Assembly: GCA_051362555.1 (NCBI GenBank)
Contig: CM120643.1
Location: forward strand, 22,138,848 to 22,202,847
Reading direction: 5' to 3'
Length of the DNA stretch: 64,000 bases
Source: Lingula anatina
Lineage: Eukaryota > Animalia > Brachiopoda
The notes beneath the pieces were generated by a model. The model saw nothing but the letters and a program-made list of their open reading frames with translations, did not search any database and was not told where the DNA came from. The position numbers and the translations under genes are program-made. Below, one piece after another: positions 27,601 through 41,100 of the stretch (positions are counted from its first letter, which is position 1; each line of letters starts with the position of its first letter).

Positions 27601-30600
27601 TAGTCTTTGATCTTCCATTGGCTTGAATACCATTGCTAGTCACATCTTTTGAATAGCTATGATACATTTTCTTTATTATTAAAAATTGATGGCCATTGTG
27701 CTGTTAATCATTATGTTAAATTGCATAAAAGATGAAAAAAAAATTTTTTTGGACATCGCTGCTGGGATGACCATTAAGGAAAAACCATTTTACTTATGAT
27801 ATTGTAACTTACTGAAAAGTTTCATAGGACTGAAGTATAGCTTGTGTTGGAAATCAGTGTAATTGATTGTTTCTGTTTTGGAAGCAATGCAGCTCTATGA
27901 AGTGCTATATGGGGCTACTGTTTATGGATGGTGGTAATTGTCCCTTGGGATAATCACTATCTAAATTCAGAGCTATAAAATTACTTGCCTAATTGATTTT
28001 CAAGTGCCCATTAAATAAGATTACATAAAACACACGTTGAGATTTCCCATTCAAGTCCTATAGGTTAAGCTCTCTTAACTGTGTCACATAATTAGGAATT
28101 GGTGATAATTATGCAGGTAAATGTTGTTTAATATTGCAAATAAGTTTACAAAAGAAAAAAAAATTGTGCAATGCCAACATTAATGCTATAGATGAATAAC
28201 AGTGTCTTATTATCCTCAAACACATTGGGATTAATCATATCATGATAATACAGAAAGATTAAAAGTTTGAATAGCAGCTTTATTGGAATATTTTTTTTTT
28301 ATTTGTGTTTTCTTTTTAATTTTTTTCTAAACACTGGCATTTTCAACTCCCATCCACCAGAAGCTCTTCAGATTTTCTGTATTTCCACATAAGCAGTTGC
28401 ATAGGTTTTTATGTCTTTAAACAATATGTAACATTATTTTATTCACTGTCAACATTTTTCAAATATTGGGATTTTCATTATTTGAACTCTCATGGTCCAG
28501 AAACTATAATCTTATTGCAGGGGTGGATTGAGGCCGTCTTCTGGGTCTTTCAGATGACGGTCAGATTTTAAAGTTTACATTGACTGGTATCAATTTTTTT
28601 TCTGTTGGAAGACCAACAAAAGTGTAGGATGGATCAACAAATATAGTTTGGAATACTGTCAGAAAATACCTCTGGATCTGCTCCTGTTATTGAGCATGTT
28701 ACCTGTTGTGCATGATTAAAATTCAGTGTTGATTGACAGTGCTATTATAAGCATTATTTATTATTGCATCAAAATTGACAAAATGACCTATTTTGCATCT
28801 TTATTTTCTGTTTTTTTGTCTGTACATTTGACAGCTTTGCTGCCTTGTTTTAACATTATCTACTCCTGCAACAATGACTAGGTGCTTATAGTGTGTGATT
28901 TTAACCAGGTGTGAAGATTAACATGATGTTATTCTCTACTCTAACATGGAGCTCTTTTGTACTGAAATATAGATAGGCCTAACATTTTGCTCAGAAACCC
29001 CAATTTTACTCCCATATGCATTACAAAAATCAAAAGACTGATTTACTGTACACATACCTTTATTGTTGTTGCACTTCCCAATAAACTTGCTGTATAATGA
29101 AGTTCAAATGGTTGATTTTTTTAAAAAAGGTCTACTATAGCTCTCCTTTCTGTCTTTCTCCAATAAAACACTTTGACAATTTTTGAAGTACTAGCGTTCA
29201 GCTCTCAAAATAAATTTATTTATGATGCCAATTTGATGAATCAAAAGATAGATGCATGGGTGACAGTAGTATATCTAAACTGATTATCCTGGTAACTGTG
29301 AACTCGGCTGTGCGGGGAGGGCAAATTATTAATTTTTTTGAGAAGATCAATGTGATACATTTAAAAAAACTAGAGCATAAATATTTTATTATTTTTAGTT
29401 ATCTATTATTAGTTTTAAATAAACTTGCTCGTTACTGTTAGGCTCTATGTATTCTTTTGGAGACAAATGTAAATGTATAAAGGCATTATGTTGCTTTGGA
29501 TAAGAAAGATATCATGCAAGTTACAAACAGACATGCAAATTAGACATATTTTATTTTTACACACATGATACTTAGACCCTATTTGCTTTTTACCTGCTAG
29601 TCTTGACTATTCTCGGGGTCTTTTTGTGATTTGAATTTTTGGGTACATTTTGAACTCTTTCTTCCCGCTTGATCAGTGATTTTGAAATTTTTTTCTCCAA
29701 ACATCGCAAAATGCAAAGCCGCTAACATGCGTTTTTATTTTTATTGTTATTGTTTCAATCATGCTGTCAACCCTACATTTTTTTAGTTATCGATTTTTCT
29801 TACAAAAACATTTGTCAATTAATTTATACGATTCGATTAACTCTTTCACCCATTTATTAGGTATACAGAAATCAGTCATCCGACTGAACAAATACCGGTT
29901 TTCCCCAACCGCCGCGCATACTCTCTTTCAAAATTTTCTTTCTTTCCTCTGGAAATGGACTTTTAACACGAACTTTTCTCTTCCCCATAGCGTACTAAAC
30001 TTCTTCGCTGCTAAGCTGATGTAAGACTTATGACCTATTACCGCACACGTAATTGGCTTATAACTCATTAACTATGCTCCGCCCCTCTCATGGCAACGAC
30101 CCTTAGTAACAGAGGCGTGGCTTAGTTGTCAGCCTGACTGAGGCGCGGGTGACAAACTTAGTTTAGTTGTGTTGTGAATTGTGTTTTAGGAAAACTCATC
30201 AAAAGACATATTTTGCGGTGCAAATTCATAAAAATTAATACATCCAACGTTAGATACTTTTTTGATTAATATAAACACACAAAAAACTCAAAACATGATT
30301 TTAAGCGTAGTTTACCCTATTTGTGCCCTTACAATGTACGTTGATCAAGCATTTATGAGTTTTTACACATACTGTACCTATAGGCATATCCTACATTTGT
30401 GAATCACTAAAAATGATGTTTGCGATACACGTATGTCTTAAAAATATCAATGCATGAAAATTACGGGAACCCCATTACTCACGTAACGTTACGACAATTA
30501 TGACAAAATCAGTCTGCAAGGCTTGCTTTGACTTGGTGTTAACCTGACACTGGTTTTAAAAGAACAAATATAAATATGTTGGACGGATTAAATCACCGAC

Positions 30601-32102
30601 ATCGTTATATTTTAACTAAATGTGGTCATTTACACAGTAACACAGATGATATTTATAAGTTGTCTGTCGTTCAGCACGCATTACAGTGAGAGTAAGTAAA
30701 CAGTGACGATGATCAATTCAAGCACAGTCTAGGCGAGTGCTGTTTACTAAATAGATCATGATTAATAAAGTTGCGCTTTTATAAATAATCACCTTTCTGT
30801 CAAAGACGTTCAATGAAATCAAATCATTTGGCCATAAAAATGGACAGGTCCAAGGGACATATTTGTTTAAGCTAAGGGGACTACAGGTAGCGGATTCAGT
30901 GAAGGTGTTTCCTTGGGTGATAGCCAAGAGACTAATGCATATCGTCGGGGAAGACCCATGAGTAATATGAAGGCCTTGTAAGGCGCATAACAGTAATCAA
31001 AAATGACGTAATTGTTACATGAAAAGCCCATAGCCACTGTTGGCCTCTGTAATGCAGTATGATATTGTGACGCAGAAAAATAAATGAGGGGGCCTTGGAA
31101 GGCACCCATATTAAATAAAGAGGATACGCAAATGAAATGATGTGAACAGCCTGGGAAGGCCTAACGTAACATTAGTGCAGGAAATCTGAGCCCGGGAAGG
31201 CTTATGTAGTACATATGTGTATCCATGTAATGCATATTCGTGAGGAACGGCGATCTTAATATGAGAAAATTGCCCAGAACAAAATGAGTGTATATGTATG
31301 TAAACGTGCTTCATAGCCGTGAACTTACGTGTCTGCTTGGGTGTAGGCCGAGAATAAAGTATTGCACCTCGGATGGCTCTCCAAAATTTGAGCATGCCTC
31401 GAGAATTTAAGTGGACACCATCCCGGGAAAGTATGTCCTGCCAGGCATCCACCGCTCCAGGGCATCTCCAAAAATGGGCATGCGGGTGTGTGGACAGTCG
31501 CTGCTGAAGGAGGCTATTGATGGCTGTAACCTGATCATTAACATCTTTCTGGTAGAGCAAGGTGGGAATTCGACCACCAGGAGACTGAGAACGGCAGAAC
31601 AACTGACCCCTAACAAGGCAGTAAAGCTGTCAAATGTACAGACAAAAACCAGAAAATAAAAACGCAGGAAATAGGATACTGTCAATTCTGATGAACTAAT
31701 GTATTATGCTTACTGTAACTGCATAGCCAACATCAAATTCTTATTCTGCATAACATTGGATTAGGATGAAAGTAAAATGTGTATCAAGCATTAGACTAAG
31801 TTCCCATACCTAGATCAATCTAACAGGATCAATCCAACTCCAAGGTGTATCTCACTAAATTGCTTTCAGTTTGAGAGTCTTAGGATTCTGGCATGCCAGT
31901 TTCAGTAGGCATGACAGACAACTAAGCCACTTACATTGATTGCAATTTAGCGAGAATTCCCATGGAGATAGATCGATCCACAGTTAGCATGATAGGGTCT
32001 GGAAATAGTCCCTAAGGTGTCAGGCTGATAAGAGTTCAACTTTGGAAATGCCAGAACGAGGTACAGTGAAAATTACACACAAAAAAATTGCTGAAACTCA
32101 TT

Positions 32103-32196
<94 letters not shown>

Positions 32197-35103
32197 TTTT
32201 TTTTTGGCTGTATGTCAATCCTAAGAATCATTATTGTAACTTAACAAAATACAGAAAATGTTACAAAGTAAGAGTACAGGGCTCCTGGCAGATGGGAGTG
32301 ATAAGTCACAACTTGAAAATGCCAGTATAGCACTCTATAAACCTGCATTGCCTCCAAAACAGAAAACAATCACACTGGTTTTCAAACACAAGCTGCACTT
32401 CTGTCTTATGAAACTTTTCAGTAAGTTTCAGTATCGTAAGTAACATGGTTTTCCCTTAATCGCTATCCTGGCAGCAGTGTCCAAAATAGGGTTTTCTTCA
32501 ACTTTCATGCAATAAAACATAATACTTAACAGCATAATGACCATCAAATTTTTTATAAAAAAAATAAAAGTATCATGAATATTCAGAAAATGTGATTTGG
32601 GAAGGTCTTCAAGGCCATGGAAGTTCAGAGTCACACTTTCAAAATGCCAAAATGTAAACAAGAGATAACTGTACTGAAATGATTTTCTTTCCATTTTCAA
32701 CACCTTTTTTAAAACAAAATGATCGACAAACTGTCATTTTTAAATGTTCAACTAGGAAAATTGTTGACATAGGAAAAATATCAATAGAACAATTTTCAAT
32801 GTCCAATTTGCTCCATTTGCAGATGCTGAACATAGTGAATGATTAAATCTGACAAACTGCAATGATGAGTTCCTTTCCATTTATGATACTTTATTACACA
32901 ATGCACAATATTATAACAGGTTTACCGTCATTTTTATATAATCAACTAACAATGTTGTTAAGAAGCAGAAAATGTCAAAACAACACTTTTACATATCTTA
33001 TTAGTTCCATAATGAGACTGTTAACATGCCTAAGAATTAAATCTGAACAAATAACAATTATATACAAAAATACAGAAAATGCACAGCACTTCTGGTGGAT
33101 GGGAGTAAAAAATCACATCTTAAAGATGCTAGTGTTTGAAAAATAATTTTAAAAATTTTTTTAATAAAACGTAAAAAATTCCAATAAAGCTGCTATTCAA
33201 ACTTTTAATCTAGGTGTATTAACTTGATATTAATAACCCCACCAAGTTTGAGAAAAATAAAGCACTGTTATTCATCTATAGCATATTGGCATAACAGATT
33301 CTTTTTGTTGTAAATTTATTTGCAATGTTTAACACCATTTATCTGCACAATTATCACCAAATCCTAATTTTGTGACACAGTTAAGAGAGCTAAACCTAAT
33401 GGGACTTTACAGGGAAATCTCAAGGAGTGCTTTATGTAATGTCATTTAATGGCCAATTGAAAATTAATGAGTAGGCAAGTGACTTTATAGACCTTAATTT
33501 AATTAGTGATCACCCAAGGGACAATTTTATAGACTGCCATCCATACAGTACCATCATATAGCACAAAGGTGTTGCATACATGCTGAAAAAAGGGAAAAAA
33601 CAGCATTACTTCCCTAAAAATGACCCGATCATGCTGATTTTCAAACTTCACCTGCGTAATATGAATATTCATTAGTTCTGCAAGTTTCAAGCCAAAAGGT
33701 AAAATGATTTTTCACTTATCATGTTATCAGTGTTGCATATCTGGTGAAAAAAGTGAAAAACAGCATAACTTCCCTAAAAATGACCTGATCATGCTGATTT
33801 TCGAACTTGACTTGCGTATTATGAATATTCATCAGTTTTGTAAGTTTCAAGGGAAAAGGTAAAATGGTTTTCCACTTATCGTGTTATCGGTGCTGCACAT
33901 ATGCTGAAACAAGACAGCACTGTTCTGCAATGGATTTACTTCCATTTTTTAAACACTTTTTTAACATAAAACAAAATAAACAGTTTTCTACCATTTGTAT
34001 ATGATCAACTAAGAAAATTGATGAGATGGGAAAAATATCAATAGAACAGTGTTAAATGTCCAATTTCCTCCATTCTGAGATAATGAATATAGTAGATGAT
34101 TGAATCTGACAAACTGCAATGATATTTGTTTATTTCCATTTTTGACACTTTATAACATAATACACAATAACAAGTTAACCATCATTTTTACATAATCAAC
34201 TAACAATGTTATTAAGATGCAGGAAATGTCAAACAAACACTTTTACGTATCTTATTAGTTCAATAATGAGACTGTTAACATGCCTAACAATTGAATCTGA
34301 GGAAATGTGAAAAAACAGCATTACTTCTAAAATAATGGCCCGATTATGCTGATTTTCGAACTCAGCTTGCGTTTTAGTTAGTTTGACTACTCCTGTGAGT
34401 ATAATGACAATTGGCCTATCTGTTTTTCTTATATTGTGTTATTAGCGTTGCATATATGTTGAAAGAAGTGAAAAAACAGCATAACTTCCCTAAAAATGGC
34501 CCGATCATGCTGATTTTCGAACTTTACCTGCGTATGATGAATATTCATCAGTTCTGTATGTTTTAAGCCAAAAGGTAAAATGGATTCCATTTATGGTGTT
34601 ATCAGTGCTGCATATATGCTGAAAAAAAGAGAAAAAATAGCCTAAATTCACTAAAAATGACCCAATCACGCCGATTTTCGAACTTGACCTGCGTATTATG
34701 AATATTCATCAGTTCTGTAAGTTTCAAGCCAAAAGGTAAAATGGTTTTCCACTTATCGTGTTATCGGTGCTGCATATATGCTGAAAAAAGTGAAAAAACA
34801 GCATAAATTCCCTATAAGTGACCCGATCATGCTGATTTTCGAACTTGACCTGCGTATTATGAATATTCATCAGTTCTGTAAGTTTCAAGCCAAAAGGTAA
34901 AATGGTTTTCCACTTATCGTGTTATCGGTGCTGCATATATGCTGAAAAAATTGAAAAAAACAGCATAAATTCCCTATAAGTGACCCGATCATGCTGATTT
35001 TCGAACTTGACCTGCGTATTACGAATATTCATCAGTTCTGTAAGTTTCAAGCCAAAAGAAAAAACAGTTTTCCACTTATCGTGTTATCGGTAAAAGTGCA
35101 CGG

Positions 35104-35134
<31 letters not shown>

Positions 35135-38100
35135 AGACGCAGATGACGGCTATATGTACAGACACATCTGTGTCTGTACATAAAAATCTGAATATGAGGA
35201 TTGTAATCGATGATCATGTGGATGGCACGAAGGACGGCAGAAACAATGGATGCTGATGAGGTCACTGCTGGGCTGACGTCATTTTCTCCCAGTTGACAAA
35301 AAACTACATCGAAGTTTGGCAGTCGTGGCCAAAAAATGGGGTCGTAGAAAAAACTAGTGAGTGTTGCTCCCCCTGAGCAATAAAAATCCGTTGTGAGGCC
35401 ATCAATACTAAAATTGTTTGGTAGGGATGGCTCCTTGCGTAAGCGCTTAAAAAAGCTGTGGCCCATGAGTAAGACCCGTCTCCTGTCGTAGTGCTCCATA
35501 GCACTGACGTTGTCACTGAAAAATGAACATGCAGTGTAAAATGATAAAGACAAAGTGAGTCATTAGTAAAACTTTTATATGGTGTGATGATAATCCAGTA
35601 TGCCTTTATTGCAAGCAAAGGGTGGGTAGAAGGGTGCGAGCGGTGCCTTTGTTGCGTGATAACAGATGTCGGGGGAACTTTGGGCAGCTGTATCCTGAGC
35701 GTAGCGTACACTGGCCTAGCCGTAGAAAGAGCAAGAAAATCCGAAACGCAGGAAAATAAACTATCAGTAAGGTGGTGGGGCAAAGCTATGGGTCTCTTAG
35801 ATGGTAGCTCCCAGCTAGAAAAGCAGTCCCCTTTGCAGTCTGCTTGCAGTCTCCTTAACAGTCCCCCTATGGAGCCTGCTTTGCAGTCTCCCTAGCAGTC
35901 CCCGCTCCCACAGCAGTCTCTTTTGCAGGTATCGTTAAGTATAGAGGGAGTCCCCTTGGCAGTCTTAATTTGCATTTTTGGAACGCGCTGCCAGGGGGAC
36001 TGCCAGGGCAGTCCCCCTGGCAGTCTGCTTGGCAGCCCCCTTAGCAGTCTGCTTGGCAGTCCCCCTGGCAGTCTTAATTTGCATATTTAGAACGCGCTGC
36101 CAGGGGGACTGCCAGGGCAGTCCCCCTGGCAGTCTGCTTTGGCAGTCCCCATGGCAGTCTGCTTGGCAGCCCCCCTAGCAGTCTGCTTGGCAGTCTCTCT
36201 GGCAGTCTTTATTTGCATTTTTGGAACGCGCTGCCAGGGGGACTGCCAGGGCAGTCCCCGTTGCAGTCTGCTTGGCAGCCCCCCTTGCAGTCTGCTTGGC
36301 AGCCCCCCTTGCAGTCTGCTTGGCAGCCTCCTAGCAGTCTGCTTGGCAGCCCCTCTCGCAGTCTACTCTGCAGTCTCCTTAGCAGTTTGCTTAGCAAAAT
36401 AAAATTTGGCAAAATCTTTTTATTTATTTATTTATTTATTTATTTATTATTATTTTTTAAAGTCATATACATGTATATATTCAAATAATAATTACATTTA
36501 TCAAAAGGAATCTAGAAATAATCTTTCTCTCAAGCATGTGTGTAAGTTCAAATCTAAATACAAAATTTCCCCTTGATCACAAAATGTATGTTATCTGATT
36601 CATTTATATCTAACATATTGGTTTATTTCTCTCCATACTATTTAGTTCAGTTTACTATTTTACATATATATTTTTCTACAAAGCCCATATTAGCAGAGGT
36701 CTGGGAATTCTACTGTACGTTATTTAATCATTCCAAAAATTCAGTCACAGAATTCACTGGCCAGGATTCATACATCGATACAGACACATAAGAGCAATAT
36801 TTCAAGTAATTTTAAAGGTTTTTTTTAACTAATGTGGGCAAGTTATACACTAAAACAATTTTTAAAGTGTACATACCAAAGGAAAAAAAGGCTCATTTCA
36901 TTTAAATTTTGTATTTTTAACACATTGCATGATAATGAAAAGTACAAAGATCGATGTTTTAAAAGGTGTTATCCTCATCTGTGAATTATTGTCTATATTC
37001 ATGTCAAAAACTGCAAAGTTTTAAATAATATTTTATTTGACAAAAGGACCAAAATGGTTATATGCAAACCTTTTTCTAGCCTAATAGCAATTTCAAGTAC
37101 TTTTAAAAACCACAAACAGAATTCAAAGTGCTGGGCTAAAATTGAACACTTCCCAAAGCTCTATGGATCCTGGTGCATCAGTAAACTATACATGTAGGAA
37201 AATACAAAACCAAAAGGAATTGCATGCTCACTTCTTATCCTGTCTCTGTCCTTCTTCATTTTTCTTTCTACATGCATTTCCTAAAAATGTCTTCTAGCTT
37301 TTTCATTCCAGAAATCAATGTTTTCAGATTTCTTGCCTCTTCCTTAGAACATTTCTGACCTAGCTCCTGGCTTAGAGTTTTGAATTAATTAGCTCAACGG
37401 TCATGTACTACTGCCTGTGCTGTATAGTTATTTGACCTCATTGGGCAAGCTGTAGGTGAACTGTTTATATCAAGCTGACAGTTAAGATAAACATGGCCCT
37501 GGCTTGAAATGAATTTGATTTTGAAAGTTACCAGTTAATTTTAATCACAGGTCCAACTTAAATTGATGCTAACTGTGAGGTTTAAAATTTATATATTATG
37601 CAATTGTATATTATCATAAGACTTCAATTATTTGTCTGATTTCAATGAAAATTATAGCAATAATAAAGGATATTTTCACAGCATTATTAAAAAAAATAAA
37701 TCTAAAATATTTAATAAAAAATATAAAACTTCACTTAGTTAGTAATCAAAAGTTTAGCACATGTGCTTCTCAATTGCAGATAGAAACACTTTTTAACCCT
37801 CAATCACCTTTCAGGGGCCTCGCAGGCCCGGACCCATGTATCTTTTGCTCTCTCTTCGTTTGCATGAGGTTTTGAGCCTGTTCCTTTCATGTAATCCTCA
37901 AGCAACTTATACCCCATCAATGGATAAATAATTAGTTTTGAAATAATTTACAACATATGTAGAAATTAACTTTTCCAAAAGTTAGTCCCATTTCCTGGAA
38001 ACCGGGCCTCTGAGGCCCGGTCGCTTGATAATTTTACTTCCACATGGGATAAATAAGTCCATGTTACCTCAAATAGCTTTGCTATAAAATGTTTTACACA

Positions 38101-41100
38101 AGCAATATCATGTGTGCTATGACTATCAGTATGGTCAATGAAATCTGCCTGTGAAAGATTCAAGACCTGGAGAAATTATTATTTATGAGTATTCGGTCAC
38201 CTTGGTCACCTGATATGCAGATATCAGTTTAAATCTATCATTATTACATACCTGATAGACTGCGCTACCTTTGCGAAACTTTCCATTTTGAGAAAAAAAA
38301 ACGTTTTTCCGCATTTTCCATACACAGTGTATACTCATGCACCCAGGTGGAGGTAAAGCGAGCAAGGGACTGGTGTAACATGAAAATCTGACTCCCCCAG
38401 TCAGATTTTCATAATGAAAATATGACTCCCCATGAAAATTTGACTCCCCCTCCACAAATGTTCATAAATCTTATTTTATTTGAGTATATGACTGTGATAT
38501 TGTAGTATGTAAAATGGAGGATACTTTGGCACTTTTTTTTTAAGTTGGCAGGTGAATATTTTCATGAAAACAATATGAAAATTAAAAATGTGCACTTAAC
38601 CGCCCATTGTCTCCCCTTTGAAAAAGCTATTTATTTCATATTGGATGATCATTTCTACATCTTTCCTTTAAATTTACTTTATGAAGATTATATTGGAAAT
38701 ATTTGAAAGTTTGATGGTAAACTATTGGGTGAAAAAAACTAAAAAAAAACATGAAAAATAGAAAATTAAAAATGTGCATTTTATCACCCAATAACTCCCC
38801 TATGAAAAAGCTATTTATTTGATATTTGATGATCATTCTGACATGATCTTGTCAGATTTTCATGGTTTCAGGGTTTACGTAGGGTTTCATTTCCTTGTGG
38901 ATGAGGGTTAAATAACTTTTGGGTTGTTTATTGCCTACGTTGGCCAACGTTGAAAATGTCAGTTATTTCAGTTTAGTTTGCAGTCCCCTGTGAAAATTTC
39001 GAAGTTATTGCAGCCCCCTTTGCAGTCTCCTGCAAAAATGTTTAAGTTATTGCAGCCCCCTTTGCAGTCTGCCTGCTCAAGGAGACTGCACACTGGAGCC
39101 CCAGACTGCAAAAGGGCAGTCTCCCTGGCAGTCTCTTTGGCAGCCTGGGCTCCCGTGGGCAGCCGGGGCTCCCATTCTAGATGGTAGGATAAAAACTACA
39201 CATGCAAATGAAAATAAATTGAACACGTTATAACAGACTCAAACACAAGCGAAACGAAGGACAAACCCCGCAATCGCCATATTGGCTGCAGTAGCACTGG
39301 GAAGCAAGGGGTTGTCGAAACCAAAACAGATTATTTGTCATCAAATAACTACAATGAGTCGGAAAGCAGGTAAAAACAAGAGACGACGAACGTAAAAATA
39401 AAAGTACGCGTAAGAATAGGAGTGCTTACCTTGTGATTCTTTCGGGAAATTGGAATAAAAATTTAACGATGAGATTTGATTTCCGTTCTTACTGGCAGCA
39501 ATAGTGAGACTGGCCTTTGGTCACGTGGTATGGAAACTTGCTACTGATTGGTTCCGGATCTTCATTGTAGGTCAGAGGTCACGTACTGATATAGGGACAG
39601 TCGGGCTGACGTCACGCGCCTTAGCAACCGGCATCTGGGGTAAAACAAATCGGGCAACATGGCGGATCGCATTGACTTCTATGTAAAAGTTGGCAGACTT
39701 TGTCCGAAGATATCATACTCCACAGTGCCTGACCACTTGTGTCAGTGAGGATGAGTTATTTACCTGGTCGATGTCCTTTACAGGCCTTTGTAATTAGCCG
39801 CTGCACACCTGGTTAAGAGATAAAATCGGCCTTAATATAACTGCCGATCGTTATCTGTGATCGGGAATTTTACAGCAGAAGATTTTGAAAAGGCAGTGCT
39901 TGACCTTTTGTGTCTGGCGGGTTGAATCATTTACCTGGACTAATGAGTTAGCAGGCCTTTGTAATAAGCTACTGTTTAACTTGTTACGGGATAAAATTGG
40001 TCTTAACTGCATACGCAAATGTCCACCCTAAGTATATACATGTACATAAGTTGGTGAAATAGGAATGGCTTCTTAGAACGTGGATCGTAAGAAAGGCCTA
40101 GAAAATGTGCAACACTGAGAAGTTATTAGAATAAGATTTCTACAAATTGTGATTAAATCACCTGCTGCTGCAATAGCCAGGGGAACGGGATAGGGGCAAT
40201 GTCATCGGTCCCATGGCCTCTTTGGTCTGTATAGGCCCCTACAGTACATGAATATTAATGCAAGCCTGGAAGGACAGCATAAACAGTTGCTTGCTAACTT
40301 TTTGGAAGAGAAGACACGTGGTGTTTCCTGTATTAATATTGGCAGCTACGCGTCTATGAGTGTTTACAATCTTATTGTGCACTTTTCTGGTACGAAAATT
40401 GGCGAAATATCATGGAAGACAGAACGCTAAGTTTCAAAACGTGCAAGGTTAAAATTAAATTGAATAACAAACACGGTAATAAAGCTGTGTTATTTTACCA
40501 GTTAAGGTCGCTTTATTTATGGCAAATTTTTTAAATTTTACTTGATAACTTAAAGATTTAGACATTAACTCACAAGTTTGTCAATATATTGACGTACATA
40601 TTTTTTCTTATCTTTAAACTCAATTAACTTACAGCAAAAAAGTTCGACGTTATAGTCCATTAATTTTAATTAAAAGAATTGATATACCGTCACACATGCC
40701 AAAACAAGATGCAATCTCAATTTCTTGTAAATATTACTTATTAATTCCTGTAACAAATGACAAACAAATACCAAACAAGGTACAATGACTTTCTCCATAT
40801 CTATAATAAAATGAACTATACACACATACACAAATCTCGTAGTGCATGTATAGCTATGACCAAATCTTGTTTCGATCAACAATCCCGTCCTTAGTCACGT
40901 CTGCACAATCTATAGCCTGCAACAGTCGTTTACTTTTCCGTTGATCTTTGAAATTTAACAAATCCCATTAGATTTTATCAATGTGTTGGAAGTGTCACCT
41001 GGTACACAGCAAGCTTCCACCATTTAACTTTTGTACGTGCCTGAGAGTTAAACGGTACCTGTGCAATTCAGTAGGCCTGCAAAATCTACTCGTATGTGTC

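Larger units (their letters stand above)
31111..35499 (-). pseudogene. SGNH/GDSL hydrolase gene interrupted by a HINE insertion (N-half 35499-35185, C-half 31611-31111)
   Basis: The N-half has VLLMGHSF (block I), SGGAT (II) and QLGEND (III); the C-half has RDGVHLN (block V). Removing 31614-35184 and keeping one TT restores the frame (..PHIQI-RGQLFCR..). Confidence 0.8.

Noticed and set aside
35978-36488. AVCLA/QSAWQPP repeat ORFs
   Set aside because: They are translations of the GCAG-rich sub-terminal repeats of a DNA element.
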